Source of the DNA: Lama glama
Taxonomy: Eukaryota
Assembly: GCA_028534125.1 (NCBI GenBank)
Contig: CM052817.1
Coordinates: 101,806,001-101,870,000, forward strand
DNA length: 64,000 bases
Direction: 5' to 3'
Of the stretch, positions 36,066-50,692 are shown in pieces. A program made the position numbers and the translations under genes. The notes under the pieces are model-generated. The model saw nothing but the letters and a program-made list of their open reading frames with translations. It had not been told where the DNA came from and did no database searches. Each line of letters starts with the position of its first letter. Positions within the stretch are counted from its first letter, which is position 1.

Positions 36066-37298
36066 TGTAATACAAGATAAAATAAGATATGTCTATTTGG
36101 TCTTTGTCCCTGGTTCAAGACACAAGAGTGGATAAAACCCTTTGAATTTCCTGAGTCATGGGGTGAGAGGAGTGTCTTTTGTTATTCACAATCAGCACCT
36201 TTCAACCATACAGAGTTTATGTTAATTAGGTGACCCTTAGTGTGCCCCTAGACAGCTTCTGGTTGGGGGCTTATTGCCAGAGGAACTAACCTGTGATTGG
36301 AGGGTTCGAAATTTCAACCCCACCCCTCTGCCTCTGGAGAGCTAATCACCAATGTCCAATGATTTAACCAATTATGCCTACATAAACCCCATAAAACCCC
36401 CTAAATAACAGAGAGCGTCTAGATGGTGAACACATCCACAAGCTGGGAGGGGACAGGCACAGCCCAGCTTCACAGGGACACAAGCTGCTGTGCTCCGGAC
36501 CCTTCCACACCTCACCCATTGTGTCTCTTCATCTGGATGCTTATTTGTATCTTTTATAATATCCTTTATAATAAACTCGTAACAATAAGTACTTTTTTTT
36601 TAATTGAAGTAAAGTCAATTACAATGTGTCAATTTCTGGTGCACAGCACAATGTCCCAGTCATGCATATACATGCATATATTTGTTTTCATATTCTTGTT
36701 CATTAAAAGCTATTATAAGATAGTGACTATAGTTCCCTGTGCTATACAGAAGAAATCTGTTTTCATCTAGTTTTATATATCATGCTTAACATTTGCAAAT
36801 CTCAAACTCCCAAATTTATTCCTTCCCATCCCCTTTCTCCCTGTAACCGTAAGACTGTTTACTGTTATCTGTGAGTCTGTTTCTGTTTTGTAGATGAGTT
36901 CATTAGTGTCCTCTTTTTTTTTTCTTCTTAGATTTCACATATGAGTGCTATCTTATGGTATTTTCCTTCTTTTTCTGGCTTACCACACTTAGAATGACCA
37001 TCTGTGAGCCATTCTAGCAAATGGTCAAACCCAGGGATGAAGTTGTAGGAAGCCCCGATTTACAGCTCATTGTTTAGCAGAAGCGCAGGAGGCCGAGGAC
37101 TTGCATCTGACATCTGGGGTGGGGGCAGTCTTGTGGACTGAGCCCTTAATCTATGGGGTCTGTGCTCATTCGGGGTGGTTGGTGTAAGAATTGAATTGAA
37201 ATGTAGGACACCCAGTTGGTGTTCAGAGAGTTGGAGGACTGGTGTGAATTAACCAACACGCTTTTACCCCTACTTGGTGCCAGAAGTGAGGAGAAACA
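36066..37298 (+). mobile_element. MER21-like ERVL LTR interrupted by an L1
   Basis: 'atgatttaaccaattatgcctac', 'tgtgagccattctagcaaat', 'gaattgaattgaaatgtaggacacccagttggtgt'; AATAAA ~36569. Confidence 0.8.
36592..37002 (-). mobile_element. Young L1 3' end
   Basis: Poly(T) plus L1 3' UTR highly similar to 26860-27260. Confidence 0.9.
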
Positions 37299-38825
37299 GA
37301 TTATAACTGACTACATTCTTTGAGGTTCTTGAAACACCCCACGCTCTTCCCACCTGCTTGCTTTTACCTGTGCTCTGCTCTCTGCCTGGAATATTCTTCA
37401 GGTCCTCCTTCACCTTGTGGGCTCCTACTCACTCGTCAACATGTGGCTGATGGTTTTCTGTGAAGCTTGCTTTGACATCTGCAACGTAATTAGTTCTCCC
37501 TTTGAGCTCCTAGACACCCTGGAATAAACCTTAACTCTATTACTTTATATTGGAATTTTAAAATAATGGATCTGTTTTTGGACACGTTGCGTTTTAGATG
37601 CCCAAGGTACACACAGGACGAAATACTCAGCAGGCTGTCACACAAAGTCAGGACACCTAAGTCCCATGACATAAAGCAAATGCAACAAATCCAGGGCTTT
37701 ATGGCTCCCCCAAGAGCTATTATTTCATCTTTGCAGGAGAGATCTCTTTTTTCCCCCCTCCTTCTTCCTGCTTTTTGGTTATTTTCCATTCATATGGCTA
37801 CACTCATATCTGAGCCACACTGAATTAATTTGACAAATAAATGTCATGAGTTAAATTGTCAAATACCCTTTCCTAAGTCCAGAGTTACAATAATTTCTGA
37901 GTGAGTACTGCTGATTTCATGCCTCCTTTTGCCTATTACACATTGAAATTATCCCGCTTTCTCTCCATGAAGTTTCCAGGAGCAGCTTTGAGAAAGCTGT
38001 TCTTGGTCTCATTAATCCCCCTGAGAGGACTGCCATGTTTTGTGATCACCGGGGTACCAGAGCTGGAGTCTGGGCTCAGGGGTCCCGGCCAAAGGGCAGA
38101 ATAAGCGTTTCCGAGCTAGTGATTCAAGCCAAAAGCATTGTGTTCTTAGCGATACTCTTTCCTTGGAAGACAGAAACAGTGCAGGTTGTGGTTTGTCTGA
38201 TTTTATCTCCATTTCCGGGGTGGGGGGAGGCAAGGGGCAAACTACCTTTCCTGTTGCTCTTTTGTTTTTTATTTTTCTCCTCCACGGAGCCTTGAATTGT
38301 GTTATAGAATTTGCTACAGAGTAGGGAATCAAAAAGAAAAAGAAAAAAAAAAAAAAAAGGAGTCTGTGAAGCTAACCTGGGATGAATTTTTTAAAACTCT
38401 GCTAGGCCCCGTTGTCTCACAATGGCAAATTCTTTCTTTGTCACTCCACCCAATGGGACTCCCATCTCATGTCAATATGCCTGTAGAAGATTTCCTAGAA
38501 AGAGGTATTTATCCTTCACTTTCATCACACTTCCTTTGCCTGTGATTGAGCAGAAAGAAAGAGAATCTTTAAGTTCCTGCACCGCTGCTGGGAGGCCCGC
38601 TGTTGTAAGTCTCCCACACTTGTTTGGAGGAAACAGCTCCATTCTTCCCACCAGCTTTGATTTGTAGCAGGCACTTGCTCCAAAACATCTAGAGGGAAAT
38701 TCACATTAAAGTTGATCAAGGTCCTCAAGTCAGTCTTTCCCCACCATAATATTCTATATATTGAAACGTTGGTTTTGTCTATGTTTATTGCCACATTGTT
38801 CTTAGAGGCTCTTGGTTATAAAAAA

Positions 38826-39545
38826 TTGGGAACCCTCCTACACTGTTGGTGGGAATGTAAATTGGTGCAGCCACTATGGAAAACAGTATGGGGCTCCTTT
38901 AAAAACTAAAAATAGACTTATTATATGATCCAGCAATCTCACTCCTGAGCATATATCTGGAAGAAACTCTAATTCAAAAAGACACTGGCACCCCAATGTT
39001 CACAGCAGCACTATTTACAATAGCCAAGACATGGAAGCAACCTAAGTGTCCATCAATAGATGACTGGATAAAGAAGCTGTGGTATATTTATACAATGGAA
39101 TACTACTCAGCCATAAAAAAGAATAAAATAATGCCATTTGCAGCAATATGAATGGACCCAGAGATTGTCATTCTAAGTGAAGTAAGCCAGAAAGAGAAAT
39201 AAAATATCATATATCACCCATATATGGAATCTTAAAAAAATGAGACAAATGAACTTATCTACAAAACAGAAACAGACTCACAGACATAGAAAACAAACTT
39301 ATGGTTACTAGGGGTGAAGGAGGTGGGAAGTGATAAACTGGGAATTTGAGATGTGCAGATACTAACTACTATATAAAAAACAGATAAACAACAAGTTTCT
39401 ACTGTACAGCATGGGAAACTATATTCAATATCTCATAATAACCTTTAATGAAAAAGAATATGAAAAGAAATATAACTAAATCACTATGTGTATACCAGAA
39501 ATTAATACAACATTGTAAACTGACTATACTTCAACTTAAAAAAAG
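38826..39545 (+). mobile_element. L1 3' end with ORF2 C-terminus
   Basis: '[21 protein letters not shown]' ORF2 cysteine-rich motif; A-tail. Confidence 0.93.
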
Positions 39546-41802
39546 GAGATGCAAAAAAAGAGGGAAAAAAACCCTCTATTCCATTGACTCATCCTTTTGC
39601 AGTTTTTCTAGCCAAAGAGAGTAAATAGGTTATCCTTGTGAGTTTACAGGTTAAGCTGAAGTGGAAACATTTTATCGACTTTATTGTCCTGATTGGTCAT
39701 AAGTGCTAGTCTTAGGCTGGACACTCAGTAGGACAATTCTGACTCATCCCAGAGGATGTTTGGAAGTTACTTGGGTTCCTCCCATGCCCGTGTTCAAATC
39801 ATGTGCTTGCTTTTAGGCTCTGTAACGTTTTCACCAATATGTGTTGGGTTCTTTCTTGTATGAACAATAAACTCATTCCTCTGGGTATATTTAAAGCAAA
39901 ATAAATACTAATTTATTTTTCCCCAAATCGAGGTTGGCATTATCAATAGCTAGCTAACGCAGCATTTGATAAGGATCAGATCAGCCGCTCTCAGTTTGTT
40001 TACCTTGGACTAAGGCAGTCTCAACAATGAGCTTGGTTTTGAAATAACGGATTTGAAATAAATAGGATATTTTAGTAGAATTTCAAATATAAAAAAAATA
40101 AAACCAACTTGGCTTCAGCTCCTGGAAAGGAGATCATATTCTTTTTCAAATGTTATTGTTAAAAGTGCAATGTATTGTTATCTTGTTTGTGACAATCAGG
40201 AGAAAGTTTGAAGGGATAATGGTGCATCACTTTTTGAGTTTAGTTTCCTCATATCTGAAATGAGATTAGCAACTAGATGATTTACAAAGTTCCTTTCAGT
40301 GATATGAATCTAGTATGGAGCTGTATTTGAGAAAAAAAGCAAAACCAGGAACATCTCCACAGTCATATAGGATTTAAAAGACCATTTTGCCTCTTGAGTG
40401 GGAAAAAAAAATAGAAACATTAAGTTATGAGCAGATTAAAGGAATTACAGACATAGATCATTGTCAATAAAATAACTTACATAGGCTTCTGTGTGTGCCA
40501 ATATTCCATCATATGAATTAAATATAACTACAAGTCTGGCTGAATTTGGTTGTCTCCATGGTCCCAAACACAAGGAATTGGAGAGTTCCATGTTGCTGCC
40601 TTTTTTAGGCCAATCTTGATACTATGGTTAATTGCAGTGACCATGTCCTTTGCACAAATACACTGCAGCTGATAGGGACATAGTCTGTCAACCAGTAAGC
40701 TGAACGTGTAATGCCAAGAGAGAGACAGTGTATGTTAGGTCTCCAGGATACATCACTAGCTTAACGGGGCTCCATTAACAAGATAAGGCTAGTCCAGACA
40801 TTCTGAAATGATGGGAACAATTGCCCAGAGGGCTTTTCTCATGCCTCACCCCTACCCCGGCTTTATTAATCAGAAAAAGAGACCCAAGTCCCGACCAAGG
40901 ACTACGGTTCACATTAAGTGGAAGAATCCTAGTTTTTCCATCTCTAATTTCTACGATTGTGCAAATCTCAAATTAAAAACATTGGGAACATTCAAAATGT
41001 TCGTCATGTATTTTTTAAGCCACAATAACAGCTCAATGTAGTACATTATGTACAGAGAAGAGAGAGAAAATAACTTAATACCAGCTTTATGAAATTAACT
41101 GACTCCAGATAGAGAACTAGCTACCAGGTCAGGTTCCAAGTTTTTGTCTTAAGTATTAATAGTCTTTTCAAAAAAAAGAAAATTGATTCTTGAAGAGTCA
41201 AAGGAGCTCAGCGATGCCCCAAGCACATGCATAGTTTACATGGACACCCTGCCCCTCACAACATGAACATAATTGGACACATGTCTACTTAATGCAATGA
41301 TTTTTGGAAACAATTTTATTTCTTTCTCAGCGTCTTGTTGAAGTCCAATCCTCCCAATATCTCTTTCTGAATCTCTCTCTCTCTCCCTCTCCCTTTTTAG
41401 TAATAAGCTGTTTCCTGTTCTTACTATCTGAACCGGGATCACCCCAAAATTTGATTATGTATTCAGACATTCCAAGTTACCTGTTTTTTTTTTTTTTATG
41501 GCAAGCGATGAACAAATACCACAAAATGTGATGACAATGTCACGAGATGTTTGAGAATAACAAACATCTAGAGATTTAAAAGTGAAATGAATAGTGTTTC
41601 CATCAAAGCAGTCATCTTTGGAGACAAGATGTTTGGAATACGCTCCAAACAATTTTTGAACTTCCGTTTTTGGAAAGTACTTGAGAGCCAATGAATGAGC
41701 AATTCCAAAAAATTGCTCTCATGGTTATACAGTCTATCTTTTGTCCTAAAAGACATGTTACCTAGCTTGATTATCTGCCTTGTGCAGCAGGCTTGACTCC
41801 TT

Positions 41803-41843
41803 TATTAGTCAGGGTTTGGGCCAGAAACATATTACTGATTCAC

Positions 41844-41879
<36 letters not shown>

Positions 41880-42195
41880 ATTGAGGAGTCTGTAATAAAG
41901 GGTCTATTTACAAAAGATGTGAGGATAATGGGAAATCAACAAGAGATAGAGGGGAGCCCTTATGCTCTGTGGAGCTGGGGACTTCGGAGGAGGAATGCAG
42001 CCACATCTCTGAGCTTACGCTCTTCTTTGACTGCCAATTTCTGATGGTGTTTCCCTTTGGCCAAACTTGAGAGAAAGCCAGAGAGCTGGGGAGCCTTGGG
42101 ACAGCCCATACGGATCAGCCTCCCAAGACACAGAGCAGAGTGGAGAGGCGTGAAGAGTGGTACTGGAGGGGCAGATGGAGACCATGCAGCCCAGC
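41803..42195. mobile_element. Old MaLR (MLT1-type) LTR containing a (TG)n tract at 41846-41875
   Basis: 'attagtcagggtt', 'tcagcctcccaagacacagagcagagtggag...ctggaggggcagatgga'. Confidence 0.6.
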
Positions 42196-43084
42196 CATTT
42201 ATGACTTTCATCTGTTAACAGTAATCCAGCTCACTCCACTGAGGACTTTTGGGGGATCGGGTGTGGCTTCTGAAGGCAGCTCTAAGGGAAGGGTCTCTTA
42301 CATAAACCAAGAATGTAAACCGTCAGAAGAAATGAATATGTTTTAGTTTATATTTTTTCACAATTCAGCCTTATTCCCTTACCGTCATGATTTGTCTTCT
42401 GATAGGAACACATTTGAATGGCTTTTGATGCATATAACCTATGACATTTTCATAGTCTGTTAGGTAGAGCAAATATATTCTTTGTTGAGACTTTGCAAGA
42501 GAGAATGGAGAAACACAAAATGTCGCATTGAAAGTACACGTATCTCTTCTTTACGGAGTCGTCTGCCTTCATTGGCTTTGTACGTAAGTGAAATAGTCCT
42601 GAAAATCTAACTTGGATTTGGCAATACAGGGATTAAAAGCAAAAACTGTATATATGTATCTGTTAATAATTCAAATCTGCCTGCTCTTGGCAGTTTTTGC
42701 TTCATTGAACTGATTTCAGTGCATTGGCAGGCTTGAGGATCTTTTACTTTTTGCTGGAAATTAGGAACATGGACAGTGATTAGAATGGCAGAGATAGAAA
42801 AGACAAATTATACTGAAGGTGCTTTGGAAAGCACTGGAAGTGTTGGTCCCCAAGGCTTGACTTGCTGGGATTACCTAGCTGGGCTTCTAATTCTCTGGTC
42901 TGATCAGGTCATCTCTCCTTAAAAACAGGAAATTTTATTCATGGTCATTTTCACTGATGATTGAATAAAAAGTGGTTCAAAAATTTTAAATGGGGCACCA
43001 AGAGAAGGTGTTTACTGTACTTTCTCTCAGGTGAATTGGGTTAGAATAAAATGTGTTCTCAAAACTTGTCTTTGGCTGTAAGAA

Positions 43085-43475
43085 ATATCCAGGTCCAGAA
43101 GGTTGCAGTGGTGAATTTTAGTAAATACTTGAGGAAGAAAGACCAATATTACACAAACTTTTTCAGGAAACAGAGAAGATTTGACTTCGTCCCTATGGGC
43201 TTTAGAGACCGACATAACTCTGATGCTAAAATCTGTCAAAATTTTGCAAAAAAGCAAAGAAAACTGCAAACCAGTATCCCTCATGAACATAGATACCAAA
43301 GATTTCATAAAATATCAGCATATTAAATCCAATAACATGTAAAAAGAAATGACAAAGTAGGAGTTATCCTAGAAATGCAAGGTTCCTTTAATTCTTGAAA
43401 GGCAATGAATATAATTCACATTTATCAAATATGAAAAAGAAAAATCAAATAATCTTTTAAATAGATGCAAAATTG
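43085..43475 (+). mobile_element. Old L1 ORF2 (RT N-terminal) fragment
   Basis: 'ccaggtccagaaggttgcagtggtgaattt' corresponds to PGPDGFTGEF; 'ccagtatccctcatgaacatagat' corresponds to PISLMNID. Confidence 0.8.
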
Positions 43476-45427
43476 ATCTTTCGCTTTTCTTTACATCTGA
43501 ACTTATGTTCCTTTATTTTGAAAAGGGAAGGAAAACAGAATAAAGATAAGCTCTCTACTTTAGTTTAATAAACTCTAAGATGATTTGTCCATAAAGATTA
43601 GACTTAACTTTTTAAAAGCATATAGAGGAAAGTTTATAAAAGTCCTAATAACTCACATTCTAGGGGTGAATTGGACCTCAACTTGGATCAGGAATAAATT
43701 CCACATCCATATGAGCAACTCCCACAGCTGTGTTTTTCCATCCTTATCCTGCCGGAAGTGGGCTTCCACAGTGTCTGTCCAAGATACTGGAATGTGAGGG
43801 GATTTGGATGTGCTGGGTCAACCTAAAAGGTCATAGAGAAGCATCCAAATCAGGAGTGTGGTTCAATGGGCAGTAACTCTCTCCATCCATCCACCCACCC
43901 ATCCATTCATCCATCCATGCACTTAAATAGTGAGGGCGTACTGCACCCAAGGCACAAAACTGAGGAAAGCCACTTCTCTTATGAGATGTAGATTCTAGTG
44001 GGATTACACGTAGTAATAATAAGCTTATCTTTCTCTTAAACTTACTGTTTTAGGATCAGAAACCCAAGGACTAACTGTGGTGGTGGTTCTTGGTCTGCTG
44101 CAGGACTGCTGGCTTGTAAGTGGGCCAAAATATAACCCCTAGCCTTGTTTATTTCATTTCTGACCTACGACCATCTACTTCATCTTCCCTTTCCTTTCTC
44201 ATCTCAGGCCAGGGCTCTGCGTGTTTCAGGAGCTGCCCTACCCTTCCTCCTGGCCTGTTTGATCACAAAGCAACTTTGATAGAACATCTGTTTCCCCATC
44301 ACAGGGCAACTGATTCCAGATGGTGAAGCCTGATCGTTTAAGAACTATGGATGGAGGTACTTTGGGGAGTAGTTTTGATTTTGTTTTCCACCGCCTTCTC
44401 AGAGTTTTAAGCAGAATGCTTAGGCCTGGTTTTCCCTGAACCTTCATATAGTCAATAGCTCTTTTGATTGATCTTACTTGGTGTCATGGAAGAACATGGA
44501 ATTTCTTTGTTATTGTCTTAGAAAAGTCTCAAATAAAGATTTGAGGGTCTATTAGGGTAGCATCACTATTAAAGCAAGGACAGTAATGTAAATTAAGCTG
44601 AATTCTCTAGAAGTTTCTGTAGCTATGTTATTATTTTGCACCTCTTGTGCTATGAGTGATGTGCAATGGTATATATGACATGATACCATGTATCTCCCAG
44701 GGGAAATGTTTCTTCTAATGCTGTTTTTTCTTGTTTTGCTTTGGTTGTTAATTCCAGGGTTCCTCTGCGATTTTCTGAAGCTTTTTAAGGTTGAAATCTG
44801 AAGCACTGTTATTTCTCAAGTTTTTTGAGATTCAACTGAATATGTGTAGCTCTTGACACCGAATTATTCCTGTATACAATTTCACCATGACGATTAGGCT
44901 TCATCTTATCTCAAAGTTCTTTTTACTAAGTGGACATTTGTCTTTATAACATAATACTGTAATGGCTATCTAATGAACTATCTTCATCAACATTGCCTGT
45001 TATGCTGAGTATTGACTTTGTATTAATCACTCCCACCTAAGTTTCATTTTTCGCTCCGTATTTTGGGTTAGCTCTCCTCCATATTCAAGAAGATGATTGG
45101 GTTCACAATAAGAAATATGGAGCCTTTTGTTGGGTGGCTACCCTCCTGAGTAGTCACTGCAATTTAATCTTTAATTACATATTTCTATTATACCTTTAGG
45201 GTGTGCAAATCAACTACCCTCTGAAAATATTCAGTTTTTATTCTGGAGATAGTTAATATAGTGGTCCTTCAGGATTTTTCTGAGGACTACTTTTTCCTGC
45301 ATTTCTGGTTGAACAATGGCCAAACTACAAATAACCCAGATTTAAATAACAGGCAGTATCATAAAATAACTGAGGACCAAGTCATTCCAAGGAGATTCTG
45401 CAAATGCAACTGCTCTATTGTATATTT

Positions 45428-46068
45428 TTGGTTGTTTATTTTATTTTATTTTATTTTTATTGAAGTATAGTTGACTTACAATATTATATTAGTTTCAGGC
45501 GTATAGAATAGGGAGTCAGTATTTTTAGAGTTAATAGAATGTATTAGACGACAATGGCTAAAACTTCCTGTGTTGTACAATATATCCTTGTTGCTGATGT
45601 ATTTTATATGTAATACTTCACATCACTTAATCCCATACCCTTCATTTGTCCCTCCTCCCTACCCTTTGCTAACCACTAGTTTGTTTTCTATATCTGTGAG
45701 TCTTTTTCTGTTTTGCTATATACCTTCTTTTGTACTATTTTTTAGATTCCACGTATAAATGATACCATACAGTATTTGTCTTTCTTTGTCTGACTTATTT
45801 CACTATGCATATGGACTATTCTCTAGGTCCATCCATGTTGCTGCAAATGGCAGAATTTCATTCTTTTTAATGGCTGAGTAATATTCTATTGTGAGTATGT
45901 ACACCACATCCTCTTTATCCATTTGTCTGTTGATGGGAACTTCGGTTATTTCCATATCTTGGCTATTGTAAATAGTGCTGCTGTGAACATTGGGGTGTGT
46001 GTATATTTTTAAGTTACTGTTTTTGTTTTTTTTTCTGGTTGTATACCCGAGAGTGGAATTGCTGGGTT
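45428..46068 (-). mobile_element. L1 3' end
   Basis: (TTTTA)n tail, 'attgaagtatagttgacttacaat', 'ttagattccac', 'ggctattgtaaatagtgctgc'. Confidence 0.9.
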
Positions 46069-49000
46069 TGACTATCCTTTAGATGAAAAACATCTTAAAA
46101 TTCATAAGTGAACCAAGCCAATGTAATTGAATATTATTGATTGAAAGCTGATAGGCAGGTAAGAAACCAGCATTTGCTAAGAGTATGCTATCACTTAACC
46201 TTCCAGGAACATTTTTAGGGAAAATTCTATTTTTTTGGTGATAATTTGCTTAAGGTCAGGAATCTCATTAGGGACAAGACTAACGTTGTGACTTGGGTTT
46301 CTGGAGTGACTTGTTTAGGAATAGCAATCCTGGCTCTCTTTAGGGAATTTCTTTCCACTTGGAAAATTACCGGAAACAAGAGAAAGAGGAAACTACTCGG
46401 TCATCATGATTGGAAAAAAAGTTTTATAGAGTTTATCAGTTCTGGAAAAAATTACAACAAACGAGTAATTTTACTAGAGAGGAAGAGCAGAGAATCAAAA
46501 TTCTCCCCAAGGCCCCTCATTTCACCTTTGGAAGAGGATTAAAGCTGGTATGCAGCAAATAAAACTTCCAGCCTAAAGTCTGCCAAAAAGTCAAAGAAGA
46601 TTGCATCGTTTTTTTCACTCTTGTCAGTGCAATCTTTCTAGCTTGAGGAAAAAGACTATCAAACCATATGTGGTTCGACATAATTCCTGATGTCACTTGT
46701 ATGAACTAACAGCATTTCCTGACATGGGTGTTTTACTCTGAAAACAAACTGTGTATTCAGGCTAGAAAGTGACTCTTCTCAAGTGTATGTAGTACTTTTC
46801 CTCAGAGCTGGACTCTGCCCTCTCCTTGGTCCTTTGATGGACAGAACTATGTTCTAAATCTGAAGACAGTGGTACCACATCTTTTTCTCTCTTTATCTTT
46901 TTGAATATCGTAAACTCTTGTTTTAAATACTTTTTCAAGTGGACCCATCCCCTCTAACCGTTGAGGTGCCATTTCTCCCGTTGTTTGGTGGTTTGCTCCT
47001 CAAAGTGTGACTGGTCAGACTTTGTTGTTTGCTGACCTGCCACAGAGGTTGCCTCGGGAGCCTCATGTCCCCTGGGCCATTGTTTCCCTGTTGAGTGGCT
47101 TGGAGTTGGTGTGAGTGAGGACCCAACCGACTTCAGTGTTTCAGCCTACTGTTTAGGTTAACGTGTCACTCTTGGACTTCTGTGGCTCTTGGGAGTAGAA
47201 TTGAGACTTCACTCCTGAGCCTGGCCTGGAGTTAAGACCTTGATGCCAGCCCAGGAAGGTGGGCAGAGGTATTTCTTTCTTTATCTTGTGCTTATACAGG
47301 GCAGCTCTTTATGCCCCCAGCTTTATTTGGAAGGCACAGTTCAATCCTTCCATTTTTCTCGGGACTGAGTCCTTGTATTTTGTATGTTAAACCCAGACCT
47401 CAGCCCTCGAACCCAGATCTGAGACTGATCTTGTGTGGTCATTTGCTTTCAGCTCATCACACTGATTTTGAGTTCTCTCTCTTTTTTCCGTTATATGGAA
47501 ATTCTTCTTTCCTGTTTGCACACTCAGCCTCATCTTCTTTTGTTATTATTGTTATTATTTTTTTCCACCATGTCTGGGTGTTTGGAGTAGAATGGAGGTT
47601 TCCTCTGTGTTGACTCTGTCTACCATATTGGTGGGAAGTTTCCTGTGGTGGAATATGTGATATCTTCATTCTGTTTTAAATGATCTGGTTACCTGTTGAC
47701 TTTCCTGAACATATGTTATGCTAATGTCTTAGTTACACTTAGGAGATAAATATGTAGAGTGGTAGCAGACTATGTATGTAAAGTGCTGGCTCATTAAGGA
47801 ATAACTTATTGAATCACTATTGTCATTAAATAGATATGAATTCAGAAACCACTTTAGCCTAGAAGATGATGGGCAATATATTTAAGCTCAGAATTTACAA
47901 GAATACTTTTGCAGAGTTTGAAAGCACAATTTGTAGAGTTCCTGTGGGTTGAAAAAGTTACCTAGACTCTTTTGAGCAATGAAACTTTGGCAAAGAATAT
48001 GTTTTAATGAGGCTTTTTTTTTTTTTTACACGGAGGGAGAGAAGACTGGCGTTCTACTTGCTGTATATAAACCCCACTATAACCTCTTAACAGGTGTTCC
48101 CAGCATAAAGAAAACTACTGTTCTGTTCTCCTTTGAGACTTCTTATATGTCATACTGATTCAGATTCAATCACAAGAGTAGGGTAGCAGATTACACAATT
48201 AAATTGGTCCTTTTCACCAGTTTCAGAGTGAGAAAAGAAACTAGATTCCCATTTTGGATCTGTAAGCAAATGGTTTTGAAATTATAAAAAATATATTTGA
48301 GCTTCATAGCTTTCTTCTTCCATGGGTCTTGGAAGGAAAAACATTTAATGTTCCTTATTCAGGTCATCTACTTTCAGGTGAAATTTAGTTTTTTAAGGTT
48401 GTGTCCAGTGAAAAGGTTTCTTTGGTGTACTTGCTAGAAACACAATGGTAACAATTAAGGAGGGTCAGAACGCTGCGATTCTTTGGAACAGACCATTCCA
48501 GAACAGAACTGAAACCATGTGCCTATTTCAAGAATATTTGCAAAAAATGCATGGAACACATTTTTTGACTCATCTTGGGTTTAACATCAGTGGGATGAAA
48601 AAGGAAGGCTAAAATAACTGTCTAAACCTGATTACAACTCTTGACCTGGTAAGTATTTCTCTTGCGAAGCAGGAAATGAGATTATCATCTTTTCAGAGGG
48701 GTCAACACTGGGGAAGGATTAGAAGAGCGTGTGGCAATCAAAATAAAAACAAAACATACCCCCTCTTCGGCCCTAACACCTCATAAAAGTGAAGTCCCAA
48801 CCAAAACACTGAAAACCCAAGAGCTCTAAACAAATCTTAATACACTGCAAGATCCTAATAAAATACGTAGTGCTATGTAAAAATTATCAGGATGTTTTGA
48901 AAGCTGTGGGACAGCTGGCCAGGTGGGGGCGGGGGATAAAAGGTGGAAAGAGTAAGATTCCGTCATAGTCCTAAGAAGTTTCCCAAAACCTCTGCAAAAA

Positions 49001-50692
49001 ACCTTAAGGCAGGGTCTGTGAATCCACTCCACCTAGTAAAGCATCTTTGCCTGTTTGGGTTCCTTTACTTTCGGGGCTCATCAGTGAGCCTGCTCCACAC
49101 GAAGACCTTACTTTAAAGCATATAAGAAATCCTTGTATGGGGAAATAAAAACTAAGTTTGGACAAAGTCATGTGGTGAAGATCACAGCTTTCTCCTTTCG
49201 TAGCTTGGGATGCATTTTCATGCCTATCAGCAGAGGTTTTTCTCCAATCAGCTGGTCTGATTTCAAGGAGAGGAAGTTTGAATAATAAACTCTTTTAAAT
49301 GCATGAAATCATTTCATTGTAAAGAAAGAGAGCCATTGATGGTTTTGGCCAAAATTATGGCCAAAGTGATATTATGGATCTAGGTTGGGACATGGCCATA
49401 TTCTAGGGACTTATAAGGGTACTAGCATGATGTGCCAAATCTTACCGCCTTGAAAAGAAGTAGCCTTGATTGAATCTTCTCGTTTTTCTGATTTGGGAGA
49501 TCACCTCTTGCTTTTTTTTTTTTTTTTTCTTGTTTTAACAACAACAATAAAACCAGAAATGAAGTTTCTTGGGGAAACGGGGGGATTTTAGTAAAAGTGA
49601 ACTAATCTATTTCATACCTTCTTTCCCCAACTCCCCAGGCCAGAAGTTTAAGATTTCCCTTTTTCTACACTAAATCCTCTTTTTCTCTTCAAAATAACCA
49701 ACTCATAGGCTTGTCATAGTGGAAGAAAAGCTGTTCCGCTGTGCTATGATAAAAGACAGACACTATATGACCCAAGATTTCCACAGAGAGATTTTTGCTC
49801 TCCTGTCTGAAACAGAACACAGTGCCTCTACAAAGCCGAGGCAAATCTGAATGTAAGAGTATCAAAATGGAAAACGGTTTCAAGAATTCTTACCATACCC
49901 AATATTTTCTATGCAGTGTCTTGGATTTAAAAAACAAAATACAAGCAATGTTAGCATGGGAAGGGGCTGTAGAGATAAGATAATCTAAGCTTCAACATTT
50001 AATGATGAGAAATTGAGGTCCAGATAAATTGAGTTGAGAACCAGTAAGTCTAATGGTTTCTTCTACAAATTCTCCTGGTTTCTATGTTTGATTAATTTTT
50101 TGTTTTTGTGAATGAATCCAAAAGATGATTACTACAAGACAGAAAGGGAAGAAGTGTCAGTCATCCATAGTTTTTGTGAATCCCAACCACATCTAAAGTC
50201 ATCAAGTCAAGAAATAAAAATATACAATGATAATCTAATTAATGACTTTGTGTCATCTTTGGAAAGAATTGTGCAAGTTTATTTCTTCAAAAATTACTCC
50301 ATAGACTTAAATAAACTTAATAAGATTCATTTTTATAATCCTTGTCCCCTGACTCTTGACCCACAGTTCAAATCTTGGGTGTAGAATTTAGCTTCCTTTG
50401 ATAACAGACATCCAATGTGACAAAAGGTATTTCAAAACGTAACGAAACATCTGGGTTTTGTTGTGGAATGGTATGTATGAATCTCTTGACGATGTTGGGA
50501 ATGGCAAACATGCCAGGATTATTGCTTTGATTTGGTGACTAAACACAGGAATCCTTTCTCCAATATGACAAATATTGAGAAATTTGAATTTCCCAACTTC
50601 TTTCGTAAAAAATACAGAAGTGATTATTTTTTGCAAAATATCTTTATAAAAGGAAGATTTCAAGTGATCATCTGTGAGCCTATTTCTATATT

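Larger units (their letters stand above)
35450..37560 (+). mobile_element. L2 LINE interrupted by an LTR (36066-37298)
   Basis: L2-like motifs on both sides, e.g. 'ctgagctccagatc', 'ctctgcctggaata'. Confidence 0.55.

Noticed and set aside
48591..48648. Candidate 58-nt plus-strand exon (CAG| ... CTG|GTAAGT)
   Set aside because: Perfect donor, but stops in its reading frames and no partner exons; expected by chance in 64 kb
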